From Candidatus Flemingiibacterium sp. (GTDB lineage: Bacteria > Bacillota > Clostridia > Oscillospirales > CAG-272), in NCBI GenBank assembly GCA_045644145.1, contig JAZRGK010000005.1, forward strand, positions 20,451 through 84,450: DNA of 64,000 nt, written 5' to 3'. The notes beneath the pieces were generated by a model, which was given only the letters and a program-made list of their open reading frames with translations, made no database searches and was not told where the DNA came from. Shown here piece by piece: positions 15,809-25,317 of the stretch. Position 1 is the first letter of the stretch, and the number at the start of each line of letters is the position of its first letter. The position numbers and the translations under genes were made by a program.

Positions 15809-16405
15809 ATGTTCGCTTGGTGGGATTCTCTCACACCTTTACAGCAGATATTTGCCTGCATCGGTATCCCCGCCACGCTTATCCTCATTGTGCAGACAGT
15901 ACTGCTTTTATTCGGGATCGGCGACGGTGACGGCGCAGATGCGGATATTGATCCCGACGGCTTTGATATAGCCGAAGCCGCATCCGGTGATGACGGACTT
16001 ACGCTTTTCACAGTGCGCGGAATTGTTTCAATGTTCTGTATCGGCGGATGGTCAGGAATCGTATTTGTTGATCTGGGGCTTTCTCAAATGCTTTCCGTTT
16101 TCCTCGCTTCTATCTGCGGTATTGCCGCTCTTGTGGGAATTGCTTATCTTATGAAAGCTGTATTAAAGCTTCAGTCAAACGGAAACATAAGCCTCGGCAG
16201 TGCTCTCGGAAAAGTGGGAGAAGTATACATCCCTATTCCGGGAAACGGTGAAGGCAAAGGAAAAATCAACATTACCGTTCAGGACAGACTTATAGAAGTG
16301 GATGCCATTTCGGCAAGCGAAACACCTTTAAAAACCGGTGAAGCCGTCCGAGTGGTATCAACCGATGAATCCGGTCTTGTGGTAGTCGAAAAGGTTATTA
16401 AATAA
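15809..16405 (+). CDS. NfeD-family membrane protein (YuaF-like flotillin partner)
   Basis: It has N-terminal TM helices and a C-terminal OB-like segment, GKVGEVYIPIPGNGEGKGKINITVQDRLIEVDAISASETPLKTGEAVRVVSTDESGLVVV. It lies directly upstream of the flotillin gene. Confidence 0.75.
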   Translation: MFAWWDSLTPLQQIFACIGIPATLILIVQTVLLLFGIGDGDGADADIDPDGFDIAEAASGDDGLTLFTVRGIVSMFCIGGWSGIVFVDLGLSQMLSVFLASICGIAALVGIAYLMKAVLKLQSNGNISLGSALGKVGEVYIPIPGNGEGKGKINITVQDRLIEVDAISASETPLKTGEAVRVVSTDESGLVVVEKVIK

Positions 16406-16427
16406 ATTATATAAAGGAGATATTATT

Positions 16428-17846
16428 ATGACAAACTTTTTAACTGCAGTCCGTCCGGGCTCTTCCAGCGTTCTCATGCTTTTCTGCATAATTGCACTGC
16501 TTGTCGTTACCACACTTGTGGTTATCGCATCGCGCTACAGAAAATGCCCATCAGATAAAGTAATGGTTATCTACGGTAAGGTTGGAAGCAATGCCGACGG
16601 CACTTCCCGTTCCGCAAAATGTATCCACGGCGGCGCGGCATTTATCTGGCCCGTAATTCAGGCTGTTGAATTTCTTGATCTTACACCTATGTCCATAAAC
16701 GTAGACCTTCGAAATGCTCTTTCCAAGCAGAATATCCGTGTTGATGTTCCCTCTCGTTTTACCGTAGGTATATCCACCGAAGCAGGTGTTATGCAGAACG
16801 CGGCTGAGCGTATGCTTGGACTTAAGCTTGACGATATTCAAGAGCTTGCAAAGGATATTATCTTCGGTCAGCTTCGCCTTGTAGTTGCTACAATGGAAAT
16901 CGAAGAAATCAACAACGACCGCGACAAATTCCTTGAAGCTGTATCAAGGAATGTGGAAACCGAGCTTAAAAAGATTGGTTTACGTCTTATCAACGTAAAC
17001 GTAACCGATATTACCGATGAAAGCGGATACATCGTAGCTCTCGGTAAGGAAGCTGCAGCTAAGGCGATCAATGATGCTAAAATCTCCGTTGCTCAGGCAG
17101 ATCGCGAAGGTGCAATCGGTTCTGCAAACGCAGAGCGCGATCAGAGAATTAACGTATCTATTGCTAACTCCGAGGCTATCAAGGGTGAAAACGAGGCCAA
17201 GGTTCAGGTGGCTGAATCCGAAGCACTCCGCCGCGAGCGCGAGGCAGAAGCACTCAAACGTGCGACTGCGGCTGAAAAGATTCAGGCTGCAAAGGCGCTG
17301 GAAGAAGCATACGCCGCACAGCAAGCCGCCGAGCAGGCCCGTGCCGCACTTGAGCAGGCAACCTTGGAAGCGGACATCATTGTTAAGGCGGAAATTGAGA
17401 AGAAGCAGTTGGAGCTTAAAGCGGAAGCCGAGGCTGAACAGATTCGCCGCCTTGCAAAGGGTGAAGCTGATGCAACACTTATGCGCATGCAGGCTGAGGC
17501 TGACGGTATGCGCGAGATGCTCACTAAGCAGGCAGAGGGCTTTGCTGAAATAATCAAGTCTGCCGGCGGTGAATCTAATGATGCTATCCGCCTTATGATT
17601 GCCGACAAGCTTGAAGAGCTTACCAAGATTCAGGTTGAAGCTGTTAAGAATCTCAAGATCGACAAGGTTACTGTTTGGGACGGCGGCAATGCCGGCGCTG
17701 ACGGAAAGACCGCAACGGCTAACTTTTTGTCCGGCATGATGAAATCCATTCCTCCCATGAACGAAATGTTCGACATGGCTGGCATGAAGCTTCCCGAATA
17801 TTTAGGCAAAGAAAAAGCTGAAACCCCCGCACCTGCAGAAGAATAA
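16428..17846 (+). CDS. Flotillin / SPFH (band 7) domain protein (FloT/YuaG-like)
   Basis: 472 aa. It has an N-terminal TM helix, then an SPFH core (PVIQAVEFLDLTPMSINVDLRNALSKQNIRVDV). A long A/E-rich coiled coil follows. Confidence 0.88.
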   Translation: MTNFLTAVRPGSSSVLMLFCIIALLVVTTLVVIASRYRKCPSDKVMVIYGKVGSNADGTSRSAKCIHGGAAFIWPVIQAVEFLDLTPMSINVDLRNALSKQNIRVDVPSRFTVGISTEAGVMQNAAERMLGLKLDDIQELAKDIIFGQLRLVVATMEIEEINNDRDKFLEAVSRNVETELKKIGLRLINVNVTDITDESGYIVALGKEAAAKAINDAKISVAQADREGAIGSANAERDQRINVSIANSEAIKGENEAKVQVAESEALRREREAEALKRATAAEKIQAAKALEEAYAAQQAAEQARAALEQATLEADIIVKAEIEKKQLELKAEAEAEQIRRLAKGEADATLMRMQAEADGMREMLTKQAEGFAEIIKSAGGESNDAIRLMIADKLEELTKIQVEAVKNLKIDKVTVWDGGNAGADGKTATANFLSGMMKSIPPMNEMFDMAGMKLPEYLGKEKAETPAPAEE

Positions 17847-17895
17847 ACAAATCCTCCCCTTGGGCGTGTGCCCAAGGGGATGTATGCTATAAACC

Positions 17896-18741
17896 ATGAA
17901 ACAAAACAAAGAAAAAAGGCTAAAGAAAACAGGATTTTTAAAGCAGTTAGAAAACGAGTTCAAACGAAGCCGTTCCACGTTTATACTGTTTATCGTGCTT
18001 CGCACAATAGTTATACTTATCGGAATACGGTCATTGTATACAGCGCATTACGAGAACACATTCATGTGCGCTCTGACACTTGCGCTTTTTATGCTTCCGC
18101 CCTTTGTGTCAAAGACTTTTCAGATAGAGCTTCCCTCGCTTCTCGAAAAAATCGTTCTCGTGTTTATTTTCGCAGCTGAAATCTTGGGCGAGATCGGCGA
18201 CTATTATATAAAGTATCCCATGTGGGATACCATGCTCCATATAACCACCGGCTTTCTCGCCGCCGCAATGGGGCTTTCGCTGATCGACTTACTTAACCGA
18301 AGCGAAAAATTCAAATTTAACCTTTCCCCCATATTTGTAGCACTTGTAGCGTTTTGCTTTTCCATGACTATCGGCGTGCTGTGGGAATTTTTCGAATTTG
18401 GTGCGGATGTAATTCTTGGAACTGACATGCAGAAGGATACGGTTATCTCAGCAATCTCCTCTGTGGCTCTTAATCCGGACGCCACCAATACAGCGGTTAC
18501 AATAAACGGTATAACAGACACCGTAGTAAACGGTCAGACGCTTGGAATCGCAGGATACCTTGATATCGGTCTTTTTGATACGATGAAAGATATGTTTGTC
18601 AACTTCATCGGAGCTGTTGTCTTTTCCGTATTCGGTTATTTTTACGCAAAATATACGGGGCAAAACCGAAGTGCGCGAATAGTGGACGGACTGCGAATAA
18701 GGCGGCGCACAAACAAATCCGACTACTCAGAAATATCCTAA
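17896..18741 (+). CDS. Polytopic membrane protein of unknown function
   Basis: 281 aa with several hydrophobic helices. I cannot assign a family with confidence. Confidence 0.5.
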   Translation: MKQNKEKRLKKTGFLKQLENEFKRSRSTFILFIVLRTIVILIGIRSLYTAHYENTFMCALTLALFMLPPFVSKTFQIELPSLLEKIVLVFIFAAEILGEIGDYYIKYPMWDTMLHITTGFLAAAMGLSLIDLLNRSEKFKFNLSPIFVALVAFCFSMTIGVLWEFFEFGADVILGTDMQKDTVISAISSVALNPDATNTAVTINGITDTVVNGQTLGIAGYLDIGLFDTMKDMFVNFIGAVVFSVFGYFYAKYTGQNRSARIVDGLRIRRRTNKSDYSEIS

Positions 18742-18890
18742 ATTTCGATACTGTATTTAAGCTCTGTCAGGCATAAATATGAAATCAAAAAAATTAACAT
18801 ATATTTTCCTGAAAGCTCTTGATTTACGGGCGCAAAAGGAGTATAATAATATAGTTAAATTATAAAACTTCAATAGGAGCGTGTAAAAAC

Positions 18891-19850
18891 ATGGCACTTG
18901 TTACAACAAAGGAAATGTTCAAGAAAGCTTATGCCGGCGGCTACGCTATCGGTGCTTTCAACATCAACAACATGGAGATAGTTCAGGCTATTACCGAGGC
19001 GGCAGGCGAGCTTCGCTCTCCCGTTATCCTCCAGGTATCCGCAGGCGCGAGAAAGTACGCAAAGCAGGAGTACCTTTTGGCTCTCGCTAAGGCTGCTATC
19101 GCTGATGCTGATATCGACCTCGCGCTTCACCTTGATCACGGCGCAGATTTTGAAATTTGCAAGGCCTGCATCGACGGCGGTTTCACTTCCGTTATGATCG
19201 ACGGCTCTCACCACAGTTTCGAAGACAACATCGCTGTTACTAAGAAGGTCGTTGAGTACGCTCACGAACACGGCGTAGTTGTTGAAGGTGAGCTTGGCGT
19301 CCTCGCAGGCGTTGAGGATGACGTTGTTGCAGAACAGTCCTCTTACACCCGTCCCGAGGAAGTTGAGGAGTTCGTATCCCGCACCGGCGTTGACTCTCTC
19401 GCTATCTCCATCGGTACCTCTCACGGCGCATACAAGTTCACTCCCAAGCAGTGCACCAGAAACGAAAAGGGTATCCTTGTTCCCCCTCCGCTTCGTTTCG
19501 ATATTCTCGAAGAGATCGCAAAGCGTATTCCCGAATTCCCGATTGTCCTCCACGGCGCGTCTTCTGTTCCCCAGGAATGTGTACAGGAGATCAACTCCAT
19601 CGGCGGCAAGCTTCCGGACGCAGTAGGTATTCCGGAGGAGCAGCTCCGCAAGGCTGCAACACTTGCAGTGTGCAAGATCAATATCGACTCCGATATCCGT
19701 CTTGCAATGACCGCAGGTATCAGACGTGTTCTCACCGAGGATCCTTCCGTGTTCGACCCCAGATCTTACCTCTCTGTAGCTCGCACCGAGGTAAAGAAGA
19801 TGGTTGCTCACAAGATAAAGAACGTGCTCGGTTCTGCAAACACCCTCTAA
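18891..19850 (+). CDS. fba: Class II fructose-1,6-bisphosphate aldolase
   Basis: MALVTTKEMFKKAYAGGYAIGAFNINNMEIVQAI...LHLDHG...HGASS, the canonical class II FBA signature. Confidence 0.93.
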   Translation: MALVTTKEMFKKAYAGGYAIGAFNINNMEIVQAITEAAGELRSPVILQVSAGARKYAKQEYLLALAKAAIADADIDLALHLDHGADFEICKACIDGGFTSVMIDGSHHSFEDNIAVTKKVVEYAHEHGVVVEGELGVLAGVEDDVVAEQSSYTRPEEVEEFVSRTGVDSLAISIGTSHGAYKFTPKQCTRNEKGILVPPPLRFDILEEIAKRIPEFPIVLHGASSVPQECVQEINSIGGKLPDAVGIPEEQLRKAATLAVCKINIDSDIRLAMTAGIRRVLTEDPSVFDPRSYLSVARTEVKKMVAHKIKNVLGSANTL

Positions 19851-19861
19851 TAGAAGACATC

Positions 19862-19896
19862 ATCGGTGCCAAGCTAAGCTTTGGCACCGATATTTT
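19862..19896 (+). terminator. Terminator after fba
   Basis: atcggtgccaagc taa gctttggcaccgat followed by ATTTT. Confidence 0.7.
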
Positions 19897-19925
19897 AATA
19901 GTGTTTATACCGAAAGGCAATATTC

Positions 19926-20642
19926 ATGAAATGGATTGAAAACTACCGCATAAATTCCCACGACTGCGACGAAAACGGCAGAGTCCGCCCCTCTCTCATG
20001 CTCAGGTATATGCAAGAAACCGCAAATCTTCAGTTAAGAGCACTCGGCCCAACCCCAGAACAGCTCATAAGTGAAGACAGGGCATTTATTCTCAGTCGCG
20101 TAAACATGAGCATATACGGCACACTTCATGCATACGAGGAGATCCAAGTAAGCTCGTGGGCATGCGAAAGCCGTGGCGTAAGCTTTGGGCGATGCTATCA
20201 GATACGAAGATGCGGTGAAATCATAGCTGAGGCCGCATCCGTATGGGGGCTTATCGGCATCAGCAGCCGAAAGATATATCGCGTAGAGGACGCGGTATTA
20301 GGATTTGACACAGACGAACCATTAGAGCTTGATCTGCCTAAGCGTGTTCACATTCCCCGTGATCTGCCGCTTTCCCTTGTAGGCGAACGCACTGTCGTAT
20401 ACAGTGATATTGATGCCAATCGCCACATGAATAACACCAATTACCCCGATATGCTGTGCGGTTTCATTCCGGATATTGCAAAAAAGAATGTGCTTAATGT
20501 GTCCATAAGCTTCGCCGCCGAGGCAAAGCAAGGTGAAACGCTGAAGGTGTACATGACTGAATCAGACGGAACTTATTATTTCAGGACTGTTCGTCAAGAC
20601 GGTGCTATTAATGTGGAAGCTATTATAATGGCGGATGAGTAA
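19926..20642 (+). CDS. Acyl-ACP thioesterase
   Basis: YRINSHDCDENGRVRPSLMLRYMQETANLQL and VVYSDIDANRHMNNTNYPDM indicate the double hot-dog fold of PF01643. Confidence 0.85.
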   Translation: MKWIENYRINSHDCDENGRVRPSLMLRYMQETANLQLRALGPTPEQLISEDRAFILSRVNMSIYGTLHAYEEIQVSSWACESRGVSFGRCYQIRRCGEIIAEAASVWGLIGISSRKIYRVEDAVLGFDTDEPLELDLPKRVHIPRDLPLSLVGERTVVYSDIDANRHMNNTNYPDMLCGFIPDIAKKNVLNVSISFAAEAKQGETLKVYMTESDGTYYFRTVRQDGAINVEAIIMADE

Positions 20643-20764
20643 GATACTCAAAATGCCGAGGGCATGCTAAATTGTTGACAGCGCAAACGTTATATGGTAT
20701 AATATTCTTGTAGTAATGCCCTTTTTGTATGCTTTTCACCCATCTGCCCCTCAAGGAGGACAAA

Positions 20765-23335
20765 ATGAAAAAATTCTTTATCGATCTCTCATTCACGGCG
20801 CTCGGTTTCATTCTTTGCTTTGCCATACTTCTTTCAAGCGGAAGTGTATTTGCGGCATCATCATTTATTGTAGGCGACGTAAATGATGACGGCATAGTGA
20901 ATTCTCTTGATGTAATTATCCTTGCAAGACATATCGCAAACTGGAAAGGATATGAAACCCTTCCGTACATCAAGGATACGGAACCTCTCAAAAAGGAAAC
21001 TTTCGTTATAACAGAAACACCGAATCGGCGTTTCTTTGCGTCAAACGGCGGAGTACCGACAGCATCTGCCGCAAGCGGACAAATAGGAATCCAAAAGCTT
21101 GAAAACGGTGTTCCCGTTGGGACGGTTTTTTATATCTCTGCAGAGAATCTCGGATTTGACGCGGAGACCGCGGATGAATATCTTAATTATACTGTAACGC
21201 TTGAAAATTTCGACACTGAAACGCTTTCCTTCGAAGGTGCTATTGTCGGGGATTCTCCAAGATCGCTCGCTTATACGGATGTAGACTATTCTGACGACGG
21301 TACAAACCTCATTGTAGACGGGGTTACTTATACCGCTGTTGATTTACTCTCCGCAAGTTCTGAAACAAATGAGATTATTGTGTATGAATGTACACCTTAC
21401 ACAGAAATAGAACGTAAACTTATCACAAATGAGGCTGGTGATATTACGGATTCAAGTGGCAATGTATTGGCACCACTGGCATACGAATCAACTTCCGGCA
21501 ATAAATATTACGCCGATACTTCCTCCGGTACAAATACGCTTATTAACGAAACTCAGGCGCTTGCGCTTTACGGAATTTGTGTAGGAGAACCTATCGAATA
21601 TACCCATACGCTTATCACATCTACCACCTTAAACGGCAATTCCGTAGCAGAAAAGATGTGCGAAAATCTGTACAGTATACTTCTTTTCGACGATGATCGC
21701 GACGGCGATTATGACCGTGCATTTTACGATATTCTTACATACGACAGATTTATCGTAGTCCAAGATATCTCAGGTTTTGACCTCTATGAAATCTACCTCA
21801 ATATGTATGTGGACGGCGAACTTACTGAAGGTGCGCTTGTAACCGATATCCTTGGCAATCATCTCTCCACTCTCTCTGCCTACAGATTCTCCATGATTCT
21901 TTCTAAGAAGGAATACTACTATCCCGGCACCATCTATGCCGCAACCGTTACCGGGGATGCTTACAGCCTCAAAGCAATTGTTGCTGACAGCAACTTCGAA
22001 GACTACGGTCTTATCAATGCTAAGGTTGCTTCTACCGATGCAGTTGATGGCGCAGGCTCAATCAAGTTCAACGATAATTGTTCAGAGAACCCTGACACGA
22101 GCCTGATGATCCGCATCGATTCTGACACTGTATTCTATTTTATCCAGCCCGGAGAGTGCGACTGCGATCTGTTCACAGCTACAGGTGTTCACGATGACGA
22201 GTGCGCATCCATTGATCCCTATGAAGTGACCATAACTGTATTAAAGGGGCAACCGGATAATGCAACAATATTCTTCGATGAAAATACTGATATTTGGACA
22301 GATAAGCTCGGCTACGGAAACACTGACCAAAACGGTATTGCTTCTGTAGTGTTCATAGTCGGCAATATGGAATGCATCGCCGAATCGCTTGACCCTTGCT
22401 ATGTGTATATATCAAACACTTCTGACTTCCTCATCAATTCTGCTGAGGCCTTCGGTCTTCCCCAAGCATACACCGACAACTACTATAGGTACGAAAGTGC
22501 GGCTCTAAATCTTGATGACGCTTCAGTTATAACCATCTACTCTAAGGTTAAGCTAACCGCTGCAGGCTACTATAAGATTGACGAGAACGGTGTTGTTGTT
22601 GATAAAGCTGATGATGTTATTACTGAAGCAACCGGAACTCGTCACTTCATCAAGTACGGTATCGGTAACTTTAACGGTTCCGGTGCAACCAGTACCTCGA
22701 ACCGTTGGGGCAGCTACTATGATAAGGACTGGAAGACCATGACTGTAGACATTTACGACTACATCTGGGCTACCGATCTTGGTAACATCAGAAAGGGTCC
22801 TCTTGAGTCCAAGCAGAAAGAGCTCGCTGATGCTCTTATGGATGTAATCGCCGGTAACACCGCGATTGCTGATCACCCAGTTCTTGGTGGTGCTAAACTC
22901 TCCGCACAAGCATATATTGATTGGGTTGTAAATAACAACGACGGTGTGATTGAATTTATCGACATTCCCCAGAACTACGCTGATATCCGTCTTGTCGATC
23001 CAATTTTATATGCTGAGTACAACGACGACGGTTACCTCACTATTGAGGTTCTCAGAACTGAGGAAGAGGGTGGCTTCGCTGGTCTTACCCAGGATGACTA
23101 TCTCCTCGATCAGGAAGACCACGTCAAGAATATCATCGTTGTTGACAATGACAATATCAATGCTAAGTGGACCGGCATGGATGCTATTGAAATCCTCAAC
23201 AATGCTCCTTATATAGCACTCGTTGGTGCAGTTGATGCAGGCGATGCAGAAAACGCATACCTCGTAGAGAATCTCTTCAAGGAACTCCTTGTTGACGGTA
23301 CTATCGTATTCCTTGTTGACTACAACAATCTTTAA
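20765..23335 (+). CDS. Large secreted protein with an N-terminal dockerin-like Ca-binding segment
   Basis: The start is moved to MKKFFIDLSF, with AAGGAGGA upstream. A signal peptide is followed by GDVNDDGIVNSLDVIILARHIANWKG. I do not recognise the remaining ~800 aa. Confidence 0.7.
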   Translation: MKKFFIDLSFTALGFILCFAILLSSGSVFAASSFIVGDVNDDGIVNSLDVIILARHIANWKGYETLPYIKDTEPLKKETFVITETPNRRFFASNGGVPTASAASGQIGIQKLENGVPVGTVFYISAENLGFDAETADEYLNYTVTLENFDTETLSFEGAIVGDSPRSLAYTDVDYSDDGTNLIVDGVTYTAVDLLSASSETNEIIVYECTPYTEIERKLITNEAGDITDSSGNVLAPLAYESTSGNKYYADTSSGTNTLINETQALALYGICVGEPIEYTHTLITSTTLNGNSVAEKMCENLYSILLFDDDRDGDYDRAFYDILTYDRFIVVQDISGFDLYEIYLNMYVDGELTEGALVTDILGNHLSTLSAYRFSMILSKKEYYYPGTIYAATVTGDAYSLKAIVADSNFEDYGLINAKVASTDAVDGAGSIKFNDNCSENPDTSLMIRIDSDTVFYFIQPGECDCDLFTATGVHDDECASIDPYEVTITVLKGQPDNATIFFDENTDIWTDKLGYGNTDQNGIASVVFIVGNMECIAESLDPCYVYISNTSDFLINSAEAFGLPQAYTDNYYRYESAALNLDDASVITIYSKVKLTAAGYYKIDENGVVVDKADDVITEATGTRHFIKYGIGNFNGSGATSTSNRWGSYYDKDWKTMTVDIYDYIWATDLGNIRKGPLESKQKELADALMDVIAGNTAIADHPVLGGAKLSAQAYIDWVVNNNDGVIEFIDIPQNYADIRLVDPILYAEYNDDGYLTIEVLRTEEEGGFAGLTQDDYLLDQEDHVKNIIVVDNDNINAKWTGMDAIEILNNAPYIALVGAVDAGDAENAYLVENLFKELLVDGTIVFLVDYNNL

Positions 23336-23344
23336 TCTTCCCAA

Positions 23345-23380
23345 GTCGGCTCAAATCTGTTCGATTTGAGCCGACTTTTT
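23345..23380 (+). terminator. Rho-independent terminator
   Basis: gtcggctcaaatc tgttc gatttgagccgac followed by TTTTT. Confidence 0.85.
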
Positions 23381-23439
23381 CCCACGCAGATTATCAAACT
23401 GTGATTTTTCTGGTTTTGAAAAAATATTTTCACAACCCC

Positions 23440-23468
23440 TTGACAAACTCCGAAATATATGATATAAT
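23440..23468 (+). promoter_or_regulatory. Consensus sigma-A promoter for tRNA-Ser
   Basis: TTGACA (23440..23445), a 17-nt spacer, then TATAAT (23463..23468), 21 nt before the tRNA 5' end. Confidence 0.75.
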
Positions 23469-23489
23469 ACTAAGGTATTCGACCGATAC

Positions 23490-23580
23490 GGAGAAGTCGC
23501 CTAGTTGGTCGAGGGCGCACGATTGGAAATCGTGTAGGCCTTAACGGGTCTCCAGAGTTCGAATCTCTGCTTCTCCGCCA
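23490..23580 (+). tRNA. tRNA-Ser (anticodon GGA), encoded CCA
   Basis: Hand-folded. The acceptor stem is GGAGAAG/CTTCTCC. The anticodon stem is CACGA/TCGTG with loop TTGGAAA. It has a long variable arm and a T-arm CAGAG-TTCGAAT-CTCTG. The discriminator is G, followed by CCA. Confidence 0.9.
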
Positions 23581-23587
23581 TAGAAAA

Positions 23588-23610
23588 AGCACGCGAAATG
23601 CGTGCTTTTT
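23588..23610 (+). terminator. Terminator after tRNA-Ser
   Basis: agcacgc gaaat gcgtgct followed by TTTTT. It is flanked by an A-run, so it may work in both directions. Confidence 0.75.
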
Positions 23611-23709
23611 CTCTTTATTGAACAAAATCTCGCGGACAGTGAAAACAATTCACTCGCCCACGAGATTTATTTATCCTATGACATCCTAACGCTTGACTGC
23701 TTGTCGGTA

Positions 23710-25317
23710 TCAGCTATGCGCCTCGGAATCAATTTCGGTATTTGTCATTACCTTCTCGCAATCGGATATTATTTTGGTAGCCATGTCACGAAGCATGTAG
23801 AATCTTCCGTCACCGTTGACTGTATAATATGCGCGTCTTGTAGAATAGGGATAGAACTTGTACTGCGTAATCTTTCCTGCGCGGGTTTCAACGGTCAATA
23901 CAAGATACGGCTCATCTTCGAGGAGAGCAGTCACCTCTTCGTCCGTAAGATCGCCTGAAACGTATCCCTGGATATATATCGAAAGCAAAGATTTGTAGAA
24001 TTGACGGAAATTATGTACCTCCGGCTTAAATTCGGTTTCCCTTTCCGTAACAACAAGCTCTTTTGATTCTCCCACAAGATCGTATACGCGAACCGCCGTG
24101 TCGCTTTCAACCTTTATGGAAGCCACATCGTTGATGTTCATCATAAATATGGGCGTGTCAACCCATTTGATGAGATCCCATTCAAGCCAAGATGCTTGCG
24201 CCTCGTCAACCTCTGTTATAAGATCGAAAAGCGGCGTATACGCATAATATTTGCCGTTATCATTTTTAGCGCTAAACACAACATACTGCTCTATACCCTG
24301 ATACTCATAATAAATGGTATATGCAGGCTCAAGAAGACCGTATTCCTTCATGTCCCCTTCTGCCGGATTGTACACCAAAGTAGAGTTTCCGGTGAAGTTA
24401 TTCAAAACCTCAACTACAGTGGAATAGTTGGTGGCGTGTACAGCATATCCCGAGGGATATATCATGTAATAGGCATTTGTTGCCGCCAAAGCCGCCTTTT
24501 CCTCCTCATTCAGGTAGGTTATCATTACATTAACGTCCTGTCCCTGTATTACCGAGAAATTTTTGATAGTAAAATAGTCATTCTGATTCATTGGCAGCGT
24601 AAGCGTTGGAGTTATCATGTTTTCAAGAGGCATAAGAACCGTATTGCCAATGTCGGAGCCGAGAACATACACTGCATTTCTACCTTCATACCGTGCATAA
24701 TATCCGGCACCGCTGGGAATAGCGTCGCCGATATACACTGTGTGGGTTTCACCGTCACGGGTTGTAAGCGTGTACCACGCCGGTGACTGCTCATCTGCAA
24801 GTCCGTACTCAGACATGTCCTCACAGTCCATGCTTATGCGCTCAATTGAAAGCGGCTGTCCGGCGCTTACCACTAACGATGAAAACAATTCTTTGTTGTA
24901 CGGAGCCGCCGGATGATCAGTAACGTAAAATGCTTCATCGGTTTCGTCATAATAGAATCCAAACTCGCCATATTCGTTGTGTACATCGATAGACTGAATA
25001 TCTTTTCGCTCATTGCGCTCAAAGATCAGAATTCTGTCGTTTATTCCAAGCGCTTCGCCATCCAGTAATTCCACGGTTTCTTCGGCGGCTTCCTCAACAT
25101 AATTGACAATAGGAAGCACTACAAAGAAATAGGCGCATATGGCGGCAGCTACGATAATTGCCATAATCACGATCAGACGGCTTTGCTTTTTGAGAGCGCC
25201 GGCACGTCTTTTCTGATCAAATGTGGGACTTGGAACATCGGGGGCCGAAAAAATAGTTGACTGCTCCGCCTGATTTTCCGCCTCGCCCTGCAGATTGTTT
25301 TTATCCTGTTCCATCAT
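23710..25317 (-). CDS. DUF4340-like secreted or anchored protein (auxiliary component of the GldG-type ABC system)
   Basis: The start is set at MMEQDKNN, where the ATGA overlaps the upstream stop. It has one N-terminal TM helix. Its position downstream of the GldG-like gene is the usual arrangement. Confidence 0.65.
   Translation of the reverse strand: MMEQDKNNLQGEAENQAEQSTIFSAPDVPSPTFDQKRRAGALKKQSRLIVIMAIIVAAAICAYFFVVLPIVNYVEEAAEETVELLDGEALGINDRILIFERNERKDIQSIDVHNEYGEFGFYYDETDEAFYVTDHPAAPYNKELFSSLVVSAGQPLSIERISMDCEDMSEYGLADEQSPAWYTLTTRDGETHTVYIGDAIPSGAGYYARYEGRNAVYVLGSDIGNTVLMPLENMITPTLTLPMNQNDYFTIKNFSVIQGQDVNVMITYLNEEEKAALAATNAYYMIYPSGYAVHATNYSTVVEVLNNFTGNSTLVYNPAEGDMKEYGLLEPAYTIYYEYQGIEQYVVFSAKNDNGKYYAYTPLFDLITEVDEAQASWLEWDLIKWVDTPIFMMNINDVASIKVESDTAVRVYDLVGESKELVVTERETEFKPEVHNFRQFYKSLLSIYIQGYVSGDLTDEEVTALLEDEPYLVLTVETRAGKITQYKFYPYSTRRAYYTVNGDGRFYMLRDMATKIISDCEKVMTNTEIDSEAHS

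Noticed and set aside
18870-19811. 313-aa ORF antisense to fba
   Set aside because: It overlaps a textbook class II aldolase almost end to end and has no motifs or RBS of its own. It is a shadow ORF in a codon-biased gene.
23490-23580. tRNA-Ser as an integration hotspot for a second mobile element
   Set aside because: There is no integrase, no duplicated tRNA 3' end and no foreign-looking genes on either side. The neighbours are a secreted-protein gene and an ABC exporter operon, each with its own terminator.
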